Below, in pieces: positions 49,787-58,729 of a stretch of 64,000 bases of DNA (its first letter is position 1; the number at the start of each line of letters is the position of its first letter). The notes below the pieces were generated by a model, which was not told the DNA's origin, searched no databases, and saw nothing but the letters and a program-made list of their open reading frames with translations. The stretch lies in contig CBDBFG010000004.1 in NCBI GenBank assembly GCA_965204765.1, forward strand, positions 570,951 to 634,950, given 5' to 3'. This DNA is from Alphaproteobacteria bacterium. GTDB taxonomy: Bacteria; Pseudomonadota; Alphaproteobacteria; Caedimonadales; UBA9215. A program made the position numbers and the translations under genes.

Positions 49787-50458
49787 ATGATAATAACTTG
49801 TCCTTCGTGTTTAAAGCGTTACTCTGTAGAAGATAATCTTATCGGTGATGAAGGAAGGCAGGTACAGTGTGTGTCTTGCAATAACATATGGGTGTTTAGT
49901 CCCTCTAGAGTGGTGCAAGAGTCTCATACTTCTAAGGTTAATGTGAAGAAAAATGATAATAGCCGAAAATCCAAATCTGGGTTGTATTGGTTCTTGTTGC
50001 TATCTGTTATTGCCCTTTGCGGGTCAGGTCTTTATTTAATGAAGAAGCAGGTATTAGAAGTGTTACCACAATCAAAAGTATTATATGATTTTTTTCATTC
50101 GCCTAAAATCAATTCTTTGTGCACTTTAAAGATACAAGATCTTAACTATTCTATTAATAAAATTAGCGGCGGAAAGCAAAAGATTACCCTGAGCGGTATT
50201 ATTGTTAATTATGGCAAGGTTGTGCAAAGAGTAAGACCCTTGAAGGTAACGATTAAAGGTGATTGTCGTTATGCTGATTTATGGCATAAATTGCTTAATA
50301 AGTACATTGAACGCGGTGCTAACAATAAGTGTGCTCTGGGAAGTTGGTCGTACGAGCCTAGTGAATCAAAGGTTTATCCAGGTGAAAAGCTTTCTTTTGA
50401 GACAAAATCAGACAAATTGTTTCTTGGCGGCGACTCCATTAAGGTACAATTTAACTAG
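49787..50458 (+). CDS. MJ0042-type zinc-ribbon membrane protein
   Basis: MIITCPSCLKRYSVEDNLIGDEGRQVQCVSCNNIW is the MJ0042-family CxxC...CxxC finger. One transmembrane helix follows (LYWFLLLSVIALCGSGLYL). I chose the ATG at 49787. Confidence 0.7.
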   Translation: MIITCPSCLKRYSVEDNLIGDEGRQVQCVSCNNIWVFSPSRVVQESHTSKVNVKKNDNSRKSKSGLYWFLLLSVIALCGSGLYLMKKQVLEVLPQSKVLYDFFHSPKINSLCTLKIQDLNYSINKISGGKQKITLSGIIVNYGKVVQRVRPLKVTIKGDCRYADLWHKLLNKYIERGANNKCALGSWSYEPSESKVYPGEKLSFETKSDKLFLGGDSIKVQFN

Positions 50459-50466
50459 AGGTAAGT

Positions 50467-51090
50467 GTGAGAAATTTTAAATTTACTACAGAATCGTGGG
50501 GACAAGAACAAGATTTACGTGACTATTATTTACAAGAATTTTCTGAACACAAAGCAGTTACGATTGCGACCGAAAATAAGCTACAGCAAGATTTTGGCAA
50601 ATTGTGCAGAGTGTGCATTGATTCTATTGTTAAAGGTGGAAAAATTATGTTTTTTGGCAATGGGGGTAGTGCATCGGATTCACAACATCTGGCAACCGAA
50701 CTTACCATAAGGTATAAGGATGATAGACAAGCTATACCAGCCCTGGCTTTGACTACTGATACTTCGACTTTGACTGCAACGCCGAATGATTTTTCATTTG
50801 ATGTCTTATTTAGCAGGCAAATAGAAGCGCTTGGATCTCCGGAAGATGTTGCTATAGGTATATCGACTTCTGGTAATAGTGAAAACGTTATTCAAGGATT
50901 GATGACTGCGAAGAAGATGGGGATGGTTAGTGCTGCTTTATCTGGCAATAGTGGTGGTAGATTACATAATATAGCTGATCCGTTGCTTATCGTGCCCTCT
51001 GCTACAACTAGTAGGATACAAGAAATGCACATAACTCTTGGACAGATGTTATGTGGCGCTATCGAAAAGGGTTTAAGTTTAGTAGACTAA
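50467..51090 (+). CDS. gmhA: Phosphoheptose isomerase (SIS domain)
   Basis: IMFFGNGGSASDSQHLATEL and GISTSGNSENV are GmhA/SIS motifs. The start codon is GTG. Confidence 0.88.
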   Translation: MRNFKFTTESWGQEQDLRDYYLQEFSEHKAVTIATENKLQQDFGKLCRVCIDSIVKGGKIMFFGNGGSASDSQHLATELTIRYKDDRQAIPALALTTDTSTLTATPNDFSFDVLFSRQIEALGSPEDVAIGISTSGNSENVIQGLMTAKKMGMVSAALSGNSGGRLHNIADPLLIVPSATTSRIQEMHITLGQMLCGAIEKGLSLVD

Positions 51091-52079
51091 TGTCATATAT
51101 GAATCTTTTAAGTAAATTATTTAATCATGATCATTCCGTTAACATACTGTGTATAGGTGATATCATGTTAGATTGTTATCTATATGGTAAGGTTGAAAGG
51201 ATATCTCCTGAGGCACCTGTACCGGTGTTACAAGTGCAATCCGAACAATTTATGTTAGGTGGTGCTGGCAATGTGGTAAGGAATATTGCCTCACTAGGTG
51301 GTCATGTTGATTTTGTTGCAGTAGTTGGTGATGATAAACCTGGCCATGATATCGATTCTTTATGTAGTAGTACAAAGAATTTGTCTTATGAGCTGATAGT
51401 AATGAAAGATTATACTACAGTCGTCAAAAAGCGAGTGATATCTGACAGACAGCAAATAGTTCGTATCGATAGGGGAGATAAATGTATTGTATCAGCATCG
51501 ATAAGAAAAAGAATTATAGGCATTGTAGCGCACAAAATTATAAATACAGATATCGTTGTATTATCTGATTATGCCAAAGGTATCCTGACCAAGGAATTAA
51601 ATACTGAAATCATTAATATTGCTAAAAAGCACAATGTGCCGGTGATTGTAGACCCCAAAAGTACTGATTATAGTACCTATTATGGTGCAGATTTTATTAC
51701 CCCCAATCTCAAAGAATTAGCAGATGTTTCTGGTGAACCTATTGATAGTCAAGAGAATATTATTAAAATAGCAAGCAAACTAAAGGCAAATTATAATCTT
51801 TCTGGTTTATTGGTTACTAAAAGTCAAGATGGTATGACTTTATTGGGCACTGATGATAAATTTCATCACATTTCAACCAAAGCTATTGAAGTATACGACG
51901 TATCTGGAGCAGGGGATACGGTTGTTGCAGCTTTCTCGTTGGGATTAGCTTCGGGTTTATCAGAGCTGGAAGCAGCACAATTTGCTAATTTATGCGCCGG
52001 TATTGTAGTGGGTAAATTAGGTACTGCTGTGGTTGATAAAAATGATATAAAGGAATACAATGTGCGGGTACATATTTAA
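51090..52079 (+). CDS. hldA: D-glycero-beta-D-manno-heptose-7-phosphate kinase (RfaE domain I, stand-alone)
   Basis: PfkB/ribokinase-fold motifs are present (GDIMLDCYLYGKVERISPEAPVPV, GGAGNV, DVSGAGDTV). The ATG overlaps the gmhA stop as TAATG. Confidence 0.85.
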   Translation: MSYMNLLSKLFNHDHSVNILCIGDIMLDCYLYGKVERISPEAPVPVLQVQSEQFMLGGAGNVVRNIASLGGHVDFVAVVGDDKPGHDIDSLCSSTKNLSYELIVMKDYTTVVKKRVISDRQQIVRIDRGDKCIVSASIRKRIIGIVAHKIINTDIVVLSDYAKGILTKELNTEIINIAKKHNVPVIVDPKSTDYSTYYGADFITPNLKELADVSGEPIDSQENIIKIASKLKANYNLSGLLVTKSQDGMTLLGTDDKFHHISTKAIEVYDVSGAGDTVVAAFSLGLASGLSELEAAQFANLCAGIVVGKLGTAVVDKNDIKEYNVRVHI

Positions 52080-52548
52080 TACCTCCCAATGGAACAAGGC
52101 CGGTACGATAGTAAATGATTGGAATGCTAATCAGCAAAAAGTCGGTTTCTCTAATGGATGTTTTGATATTATTCATCCTGGACATATCAAGGTTTTGCAA
52201 GAATCCAAAAGTTATTGTGATAAACTAGTCGTAGGTCTTAATAGTGATTCCTCTGTGCGTAATTTAAAGGGTGATGCACGGCCAATTAATCATGAGCATT
52301 CTAGAGCAATTGTACTACATGCTCTGTCTATGGTTGATATGGTGGTTATATTTGCGGATGAAACTCCGTTAAATTTGATCAAGTTAATTAATCCAGATTT
52401 GTTGTTCAAAGGTGCTGATTATACTTTGGATAAAGTGGTTGGTGCACAAGAGGTAATGAAATCTGGTGGTGAAGTTAAGCTAATTAATCTTAAAAGCGGT
52501 TATAGTACAACAAATATAATATCTAAAATTAATGAATCATCTAGCTAA
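52060..52548 (+). CDS. hldC: D-glycero-beta-D-manno-heptose-1-phosphate adenylyltransferase (RfaE domain II, stand-alone)
   Basis: The cytidylyltransferase-fold motif GFSNGCFDIIHPGHIKVL is present, and the 162-aa protein follows hldA directly. Confidence 0.85.
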   Translation: MCGYIFNTSQWNKAGTIVNDWNANQQKVGFSNGCFDIIHPGHIKVLQESKSYCDKLVVGLNSDSSVRNLKGDARPINHEHSRAIVLHALSMVDMVVIFADETPLNLIKLINPDLLFKGADYTLDKVVGAQEVMKSGGEVKLINLKSGYSTTNIISKINESSS

Positions 52549-52819
52549 CTCATTGCCTTCCTTATATCATTTAGGATGTTAATGGTAATATGATCCTATA
52601 TTTAGGCTATTTTTATTCTTGATTGGTACTATGGTGCATTGAGCACAATAGAGGTGCTGTCTTCATTGCTGACTCAGTCTAGTTATTTGATGATTCCTGC
52701 ATGGATGTAAATTAAAATCAGGCACTGCTTCCATGTTGCTTGGCTGTTGCAATGTGAGGTTTTTTGCCTGAATTATTAATGCATTATAATGCAATTATTA
52801 CTTAATGTCATCAATATCA

Positions 52820-53503
52820 TTAACTAGCTTTAGTATCTAACGGTGTTATATTTGTTTTTTCTTGTGTTGCCGATGTGTTGTATAGATTATCAGTTTTTTT
52901 CTTTAGATAATTAAGCAGGCTGTTTATATTACCGTTGCGTATTATTTCTGTATATTCGCTACGTAGGGTGATACCCATGCTGATGTTGTTAATTTTTACG
53001 TCTACTATTTTTAAACCTCTTTTGGTATTAAATACTTTCCATTTTATCTCTATTTCGTTACCAGTATGCGAGTCTACTATCGCACTGTTGATTACTACTC
53101 CTTTATCTTTGGTAGGTGTTGTGGACTTTATAATTAGTTTCTCATTGTTATATGAGTCAAAGTGAGAAGAGTAGGTATATACCATCGCATCTATAAACAA
53201 GTTAACGTATTTGATTTGTTGTGGTTGTGGCATGCGACGCCAATATCTTGCTACTACAAAACGAGCAATGCTACGGGTAGCAAAATGCTGTTGTATAGCT
53301 TGCTTAAATTGGGTTCTGCGTACCGTAATAGGTGTTTCTTTATTGGATAATATATTGATAGTACTATTGGCAAAATTACTAACAAACTCTTTGTGTTGTG
53401 TGTATAGTTCGTGGGTCGTAGTATTCTTTTGGTTTGTGCTTGCAAAAGAGTGGGCTAAAGTCAGGTATACCGCACATAGTGTAAAATATAATGTTTTTAA
53501 CAT
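52820..53503 (-). CDS. mlaC: Periplasmic phospholipid-binding protein MlaC (Ttg2D/toluene-tolerance family)
   Basis: A signal peptide is followed by IARFVVARYWRRM and LKIVDVKINNISMGITLRSEY segments, which are typical of MlaC. Confidence 0.8.
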   Translation of the reverse strand: MLKTLYFTLCAVYLTLAHSFASTNQKNTTTHELYTQHKEFVSNFANSTINILSNKETPITVRRTQFKQAIQQHFATRSIARFVVARYWRRMPQPQQIKYVNLFIDAMVYTYSSHFDSYNNEKLIIKSTTPTKDKGVVINSAIVDSHTGNEIEIKWKVFNTKRGLKIVDVKINNISMGITLRSEYTEIIRNGNINSLLNYLKKKTDNLYNTSATQEKTNITPLDTKAS

Positions 53504-53516
53504 TGTGTCTCCTTAA

Positions 53517-54320
53517 CTATATTATATCATCCGGAATTATTGTTTCATCTGGCTCGACTACTATTTGTTTGTTTTGCATGTACAGTAGCCTATAAGCATT
53601 GTAAGGATCTCGGTTTTGGTTAGTTTCGTCGATTATATCCTTAAAACGATGTCTAGTAATAATTGCATTTGCAATTGATCTGGTGGTGACATAGCCTCTG
53701 TTATTAGTATTCCACATATATCGATTGTATGGATCAGACAAATGATCAGCTAACATACCGATAGAGTCAAGAAAGCTAGATGAACCTATTAATGGTAGTA
53801 CCAGATATGGTCCAGGGCTTAGCCCCCATTTTCTTAACGTATCTCCGAAACCTTTTTTATGCTTTGTAATGTGGAACACATTAGATGCGGGATCAAACAA
53901 TCCCAATATACCTAAGGTGGAATTGATAACAAATCTAGATAGAGTTTTGAATAATCCCACTGGTTCTGCGCATAATACGTCATTGATAGCTGTTAGCGGC
54001 GAGGAAAGATTATCTAAAAAGTTTGCTACGCTTATTTTTGCTTGGTCAAACAGTATTAGGTCGTACATAGAGCATACTGGTCGTAAGATAGCGAAATCTA
54101 ACATTTGGTTAAAGCCAAATACCACTCTATTAAACGGTTCAAATGGATCGTGATATTTAATCTGTTGTTCATATTCCTGTAAGGATTCTTCATGATTATT
54201 GGATTGTTCTTCAACTGTGTTTGTTTGTTCAGGATACGCTATCGCATCTGACCTAACGTCTATACATCCTAAGTAAAAAGCGAAGTATAAAATTAATTTT
54301 ATTTTATTCATTATTTCCAA
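53517..54320 (-). CDS. mlaA: Outer-membrane lipoprotein MlaA/VacJ
   Basis: HDPFEPFNRVVFGFNQMLDFAILRPV is the VacJ signature region. A GPYLVLPLIGSS segment is also present. Confidence 0.85.
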   Translation of the reverse strand: MEIMNKIKLILYFAFYLGCIDVRSDAIAYPEQTNTVEEQSNNHEESLQEYEQQIKYHDPFEPFNRVVFGFNQMLDFAILRPVCSMYDLILFDQAKISVANFLDNLSSPLTAINDVLCAEPVGLFKTLSRFVINSTLGILGLFDPASNVFHITKHKKGFGDTLRKWGLSPGPYLVLPLIGSSSFLDSIGMLADHLSDPYNRYMWNTNNRGYVTTRSIANAIITRHRFKDIIDETNQNRDPYNAYRLLYMQNKQIVVEPDETIIPDDII

Positions 54321-54514
54321 GTTTATTTCTGATTTAAGATAAATTTGACTTATTCTATATTATTTTACAAACAAAAAATCATTTACATTGTTATTTTGCC
54401 CATTGCACATACTAAACTAGTGTATCTTGTACCGCAAAATGAGTAATAATTCAAAATAAAACACCATTAATTTATCGTGTGCTGATATTATCACAATCAA
54501 TGGTAACTAAAACA

Positions 54515-55117
54515 TTAACATGAGGTATTTTTATTTTTCTTTTTGATATGGAGATAGATAATGACATTTACTATTGCTGATAATATTAACATTACGGTTT
54601 TAAATGAATCCATAGAGGTAAAGAAATACAATATAGTTGTTAATGTTCCTAATATTAGTATGATGGAGCATCGATGTTGATAGTATATATGTGTAATTTT
54701 TACGTAAAATGCTGCTAGTATTACCGCGACAACGATTGCCGCTATAATATCTGCAACATCATGGAAATTTGCTGATATTATTGCATATGCCACCCAGATA
54801 ATTATTATGATCGGCATATATGTCAGTAAGGATTTCTTAGTAATTTTCAATATTATATAAGACCACATTAGAGCGACAGTTTGCATGTGGCCGCTAGGCA
54901 TTGCAAAGCTTGTGGAAAGCAGATGTTGTGGTAATGGCTTGCCTATAATTTTTTTTAACACACCGTTGAGCATAATATTAAAAAATAATAAGGGAAGTAA
55001 TTCTATAAATGCCAATTGATGTTTGCTGAATATTCCAATAATCAGTACGCATACAATAAAAGGAGTGTGGGACATTTCTAAACCTATACAAATAAGTAGG
55101 TTTTTTGCTTCAATCAT
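54515..55117 (-). CDS. PAP2-superfamily membrane phosphatase
   Basis: This polytopic membrane protein has the PSGH motif (AMPSGHMQT) and a later histidine-containing segment (NFHDVADI), consistent with the PAP2 C2 and C3 motifs. Confidence 0.6.
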   Translation of the reverse strand: MIEAKNLLICIGLEMSHTPFIVCVLIIGIFSKHQLAFIELLPLLFFNIMLNGVLKKIIGKPLPQHLLSTSFAMPSGHMQTVALMWSYIILKITKKSLLTYMPIIIIIWVAYAIISANFHDVADIIAAIVVAVILAAFYVKITHIYYQHRCSIILILGTLTTILYFFTSMDSFKTVMLILSAIVNVIIYLHIKKKNKNTSC

Positions 55118-55184
55118 GATGGTATTATTTTGCTTTTTTTATTCAAATATTTATTAACGAATTTAGTTTTTGACATCAATGGTG

Positions 55185-56486
55185 TTATTCAGCTTTAGTT
55201 TTCCAGGTCAAAGAGAAAAATATGGCTGCGATCAGTGCGCTAGAGATGAATACTATAAACCCTATATCCCATCCCCATATGTCCACTATTTTCCCTACAC
55301 CTATTCCTGATATAGCGGCGCTAAATATATAGGTTATCAATCCCATAAACCCTGTTGCTACACCTACGGCTCGTTTAGAGGCAAAGTCTGCAATAGCTAT
55401 TCCTGCAAGAACCTGTGGTCCTGCTACCAGAAAGCCAGCAAATACTAGGGCAATAGTATCTAATAGATGGTGTCCTTTGGGAGTTTTCCACAAGATGATT
55501 AGAGAAAGCGTTAATAGTAACAAGTATATGGTGGCGACAGGTCCTCTTCGTCCTTTAAAGATTTTATCTGAGAACCAGCCTGCTATTATTGCCCCTGGTA
55601 TCCCAGCAATATCAAAAATCGCTAGTTGGCTACCAGCTAACAATATATCCGCTCCTTTAAATTCACTTAAGAAAGTAGGAGCCCAGTTTAATACACCCAT
55701 TCTGGGTATGTATAAAAACATATTGGCTAAGCTTATATACCAGACAAATCGATTGGTTAGGACAAGATCTATAATCTCTTTGTAGGTCAATCTCTCGCTA
55801 TGTTGATGATCTTTGTTGTATGTTTCTGATTTATAAATTTCTACTGCGGGCAGTCCAACTGTGGTGGGTTTATTTCTAAGGCGATTAAATAAAAATATGC
55901 TAATTAGTCCTGACATTAGTGCTGGTACTGTAAAAGCAGATCTCCAGCCATATCTATGGATTAGGTATCCTCCTAATATTGCAATTGCTGCGCTACCAAT
56001 TTGATGAGAGCATGACCAAATAGACCATTTTGTGCCTATTTCCTTTGCGCTAAACCAGTGGGTTAATAATTTGGCTGATGGTGGCCACCCCATAGATTGT
56101 ACCCAACCATTACATGCCCATACAATGCACAGAAATGTTAAGCCGGTAGTGATACTAATACATGCGCTTAAGAGCGCTGAACACAATAATCCTATGGACA
56201 TAAAGTACCGAGCATCTGAGTTATCGCTTAGGTAGCCATTACAGAATTTTCCAATTCCGTATATCAAGGAATACAGGGTAAGTACAAATCCCGTTTCTGC
56301 TCTGGTATAATCAAATTCTGCTCTCATTCCTGGTACTGCAATGGAAAAATTAGCTCTTACCAGGTAAAAAGCAGAATATCCTAATATAGTGGAATACAAT
56401 ATTCTGAGGCGCCAATAACTATAGCTTTTACCAGCATTAGAGCGAAAGGTAGTAGTTAAGTTATTGCATGCGGTTTGATTGTCCAT
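55185..56486 (-). CDS. glpT: MFS organophosphate:phosphate antiporter (GlpT/UhpC family)
   Basis: YLVRANFSIAVP, YGIGKFCNGYLSDNSDARYF and the 12-transmembrane layout match the glycerol-3-phosphate/hexose-phosphate transporter family. The substrate cannot be assigned from sequence. Confidence 0.8.
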   Translation of the reverse strand: MDNQTACNNLTTTFRSNAGKSYSYWRLRILYSTILGYSAFYLVRANFSIAVPGMRAEFDYTRAETGFVLTLYSLIYGIGKFCNGYLSDNSDARYFMSIGLLCSALLSACISITTGLTFLCIVWACNGWVQSMGWPPSAKLLTHWFSAKEIGTKWSIWSCSHQIGSAAIAILGGYLIHRYGWRSAFTVPALMSGLISIFLFNRLRNKPTTVGLPAVEIYKSETYNKDHQHSERLTYKEIIDLVLTNRFVWYISLANMFLYIPRMGVLNWAPTFLSEFKGADILLAGSQLAIFDIAGIPGAIIAGWFSDKIFKGRRGPVATIYLLLLTLSLIILWKTPKGHHLLDTIALVFAGFLVAGPQVLAGIAIADFASKRAVGVATGFMGLITYIFSAAISGIGVGKIVDIWGWDIGFIVFISSALIAAIFFSLTWKTKAE

Positions 56487-56728
56487 TATGTATTCAATCT
56501 TATTTATATATTATGGGGTTCAGACTATTCTTCGATTATATGTTAGTCAATAAGATTTTATAGAAAAATTACGTTGTGATCTGATGCGGAATTTACAGAG
56601 GGATTTGCTAACTATTTTTGATATGTTGAGAATGGTATTCTCACTTTTGTACTACTTCATTATGTAATGTCATGATGTTATTCGTAGTACAATGCAAGAA
56701 TACCTTGTTATGCTTAAGTTCGTTTAGG

Positions 56729-56932
56729 CTAGTAACCTTCTCGTTCTAGACGTTTGCGTAATAGTTTTCGCATGCGTCTTATAGACTCAGTATTTTCACG
56801 CTTTTTACGTTCTGAAGGTTTCTCAAAGTGTTTGCGTAGTTTAATGACACGAAACACACCTTCTCTTTGAAGTTTTTTCTTCAAAATGCGCAAAGCTTGT
56901 TCTACGTTATTATCATGAACATTTATGAGCAT
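56729..56932 (-). CDS. rpsU: 30S ribosomal protein S21
   Basis: [39 protein letters not shown] is canonical S21. Confidence 0.93.
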   Translation of the reverse strand: MLINVHDNNVEQALRILKKKLQREGVFRVIKLRKHFEKPSERKKRENTESIRRMRKLLRKRLEREGY

Positions 56933-57049
56933 GTGCGCTCACTCTCCTTTCAAAATAGATTTTACTAATAATTTTATTTAAAAAATGTTAATAAATACCT
57001 TAAGCAAGGCGATCATATTACATTTTGCTATGGAAGTGAAGGTTTTATT

Positions 57050-57673
57050 ATGAATATACATTCGAAGGAAGCACAGGATAAAATTATGCAATGCATGATC
57101 TGTCATGTTGCGCAGCATGGGTGGACGATAAACGCATTGGCGAATGCCGTTCTTGATGCCGGTTTTAACACGGGTGATGAATATAGAGTTTTTTCTGGTG
57201 ATTTAGATGAGGTGTTAAAATTTTATTGGCAATCCATTGATCGTCAAATGTTTACCAAGGCGCAAGCTTTAGATTTGTCATGTATGAGGTTAAAAGATAA
57301 GTTTATTTCTATTATAATGTTAAGGATTGCTTTGTTGAATAAGCAGGGTAAATTGCAGGCCGAGCAAGTCTATAATTACCTTAACAGTCCTGCTAAATAT
57401 TCTTTGGCATTTAGTTTATTATCTCATACGGTAAGCGAGTTATGGTATTTTGTTGGTGATCGTTCTACGGATTTTAATTTTTATACCAAAAGGGCGATGT
57501 TGCTATACATATATTTTGATATTATGCGTTTTTGGTTGCGTGATGATACAGAAGACTTTATTGCAACCAGATCTCATCTTAATACCAGGCTTGACCAAGT
57601 GATGAGTATAACTGATATCAAATCAAAACTACGTAAGGCTTTTGCTGTTTTTACAGCAAAAGACAAAGATTAA
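57050..57673 (+). CDS. COQ9-family protein (rpsU-divergently transcribed protein)
   Basis: It is divergent from rpsU, as in many alphaproteobacteria. The 207-aa helical protein begins with AQDKIMQCMICHVAQHGWT, which resembles the COQ9 family. Confidence 0.65.
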   Translation: MNIHSKEAQDKIMQCMICHVAQHGWTINALANAVLDAGFNTGDEYRVFSGDLDEVLKFYWQSIDRQMFTKAQALDLSCMRLKDKFISIIMLRIALLNKQGKLQAEQVYNYLNSPAKYSLAFSLLSHTVSELWYFVGDRSTDFNFYTKRAMLLYIYFDIMRFWLRDDTEDFIATRSHLNTRLDQVMSITDIKSKLRKAFAVFTAKDKD

Positions 57674-58729
57674 AGTAGTGCAGTAACGTAAATTAACAAA
57701 TTGTCGTTTTCTTACTTGCTATGGGCTTAATCGCCGGAGTTTTTATTTGCGATGGGTGCTAGGTTAGCATTTGTGGTGTGTCTAAAGGTTAGGTGTATGT
57801 AAAGACCATGATGTATCCGTATATTATTTAGTGAAGTAAGGTTGTATTATTTAACGCATTTGTTGAGGGTGGGTAGAAGATAGTTGTGTCGCACCAATAA
57901 AACGATATAAGGTTTTTAGCAACGGAGGATTAATAAAAGTCACATATTAATAAATGCGCTAGGTAACTATAGTGTTGCAGAATAGTCGTGAGATTATATA
58001 AGTAAGCAAGGATAATGGGAGTCAACCGTATCGTATTGGTCAACTGAAGTTATTTTAAACGAGGGTTGCCAGGGTGGTACCTACGCTTTAAGCGTATTGC
58101 AAAGAAATCATTATTATTTGCACGGTAGAATTTATTGATGTTCTGGATAAATACCTTTTGTTATATTAAGGTGCATATTTTATCGTTTATCTCATTTAAT
58201 TTATATTGCCTTATAGACGATTAATGTCCTGGGTATAATAAATTTAGATATAGGTTGTTGTGCTAATATTTGTTCGTAATATTATCATAAGTCATACTTG
58301 ATTTGGTATTGTGATAGTGCATATATCATTAATACATTAGATACTAAGATGGTATTTGTATGTCGTGACAAGGTAGATTTTATCTTTATTCACCAAATAT
58401 GTGGATAACTTTGTTGATAAAAACAATAATAACTCGTGCAACTGGCTTTCATATTCATTTAGTTAATAAATGATTAATTTTTAAGCATTTTCTTGTAATC
58501 AGTGATTTTAAAGGGTTTTGCACCGTTATTGTATTGTCACTATATTGTTTTATGCCTTTGTGGGAGATTTTGTCGGCTATTTATTATGATGTGTGAATAA
58601 ATTTCCTATATTCTCTCGCTAAAAATCAGTTTACACCAGCTATCTTACGGGAAATTACACTATTTTTATAAAATTAATTTGCTATAGTTGGAAAAATAAA
58701 TAGAATATATGTGTATTTAGAACAGTGAT

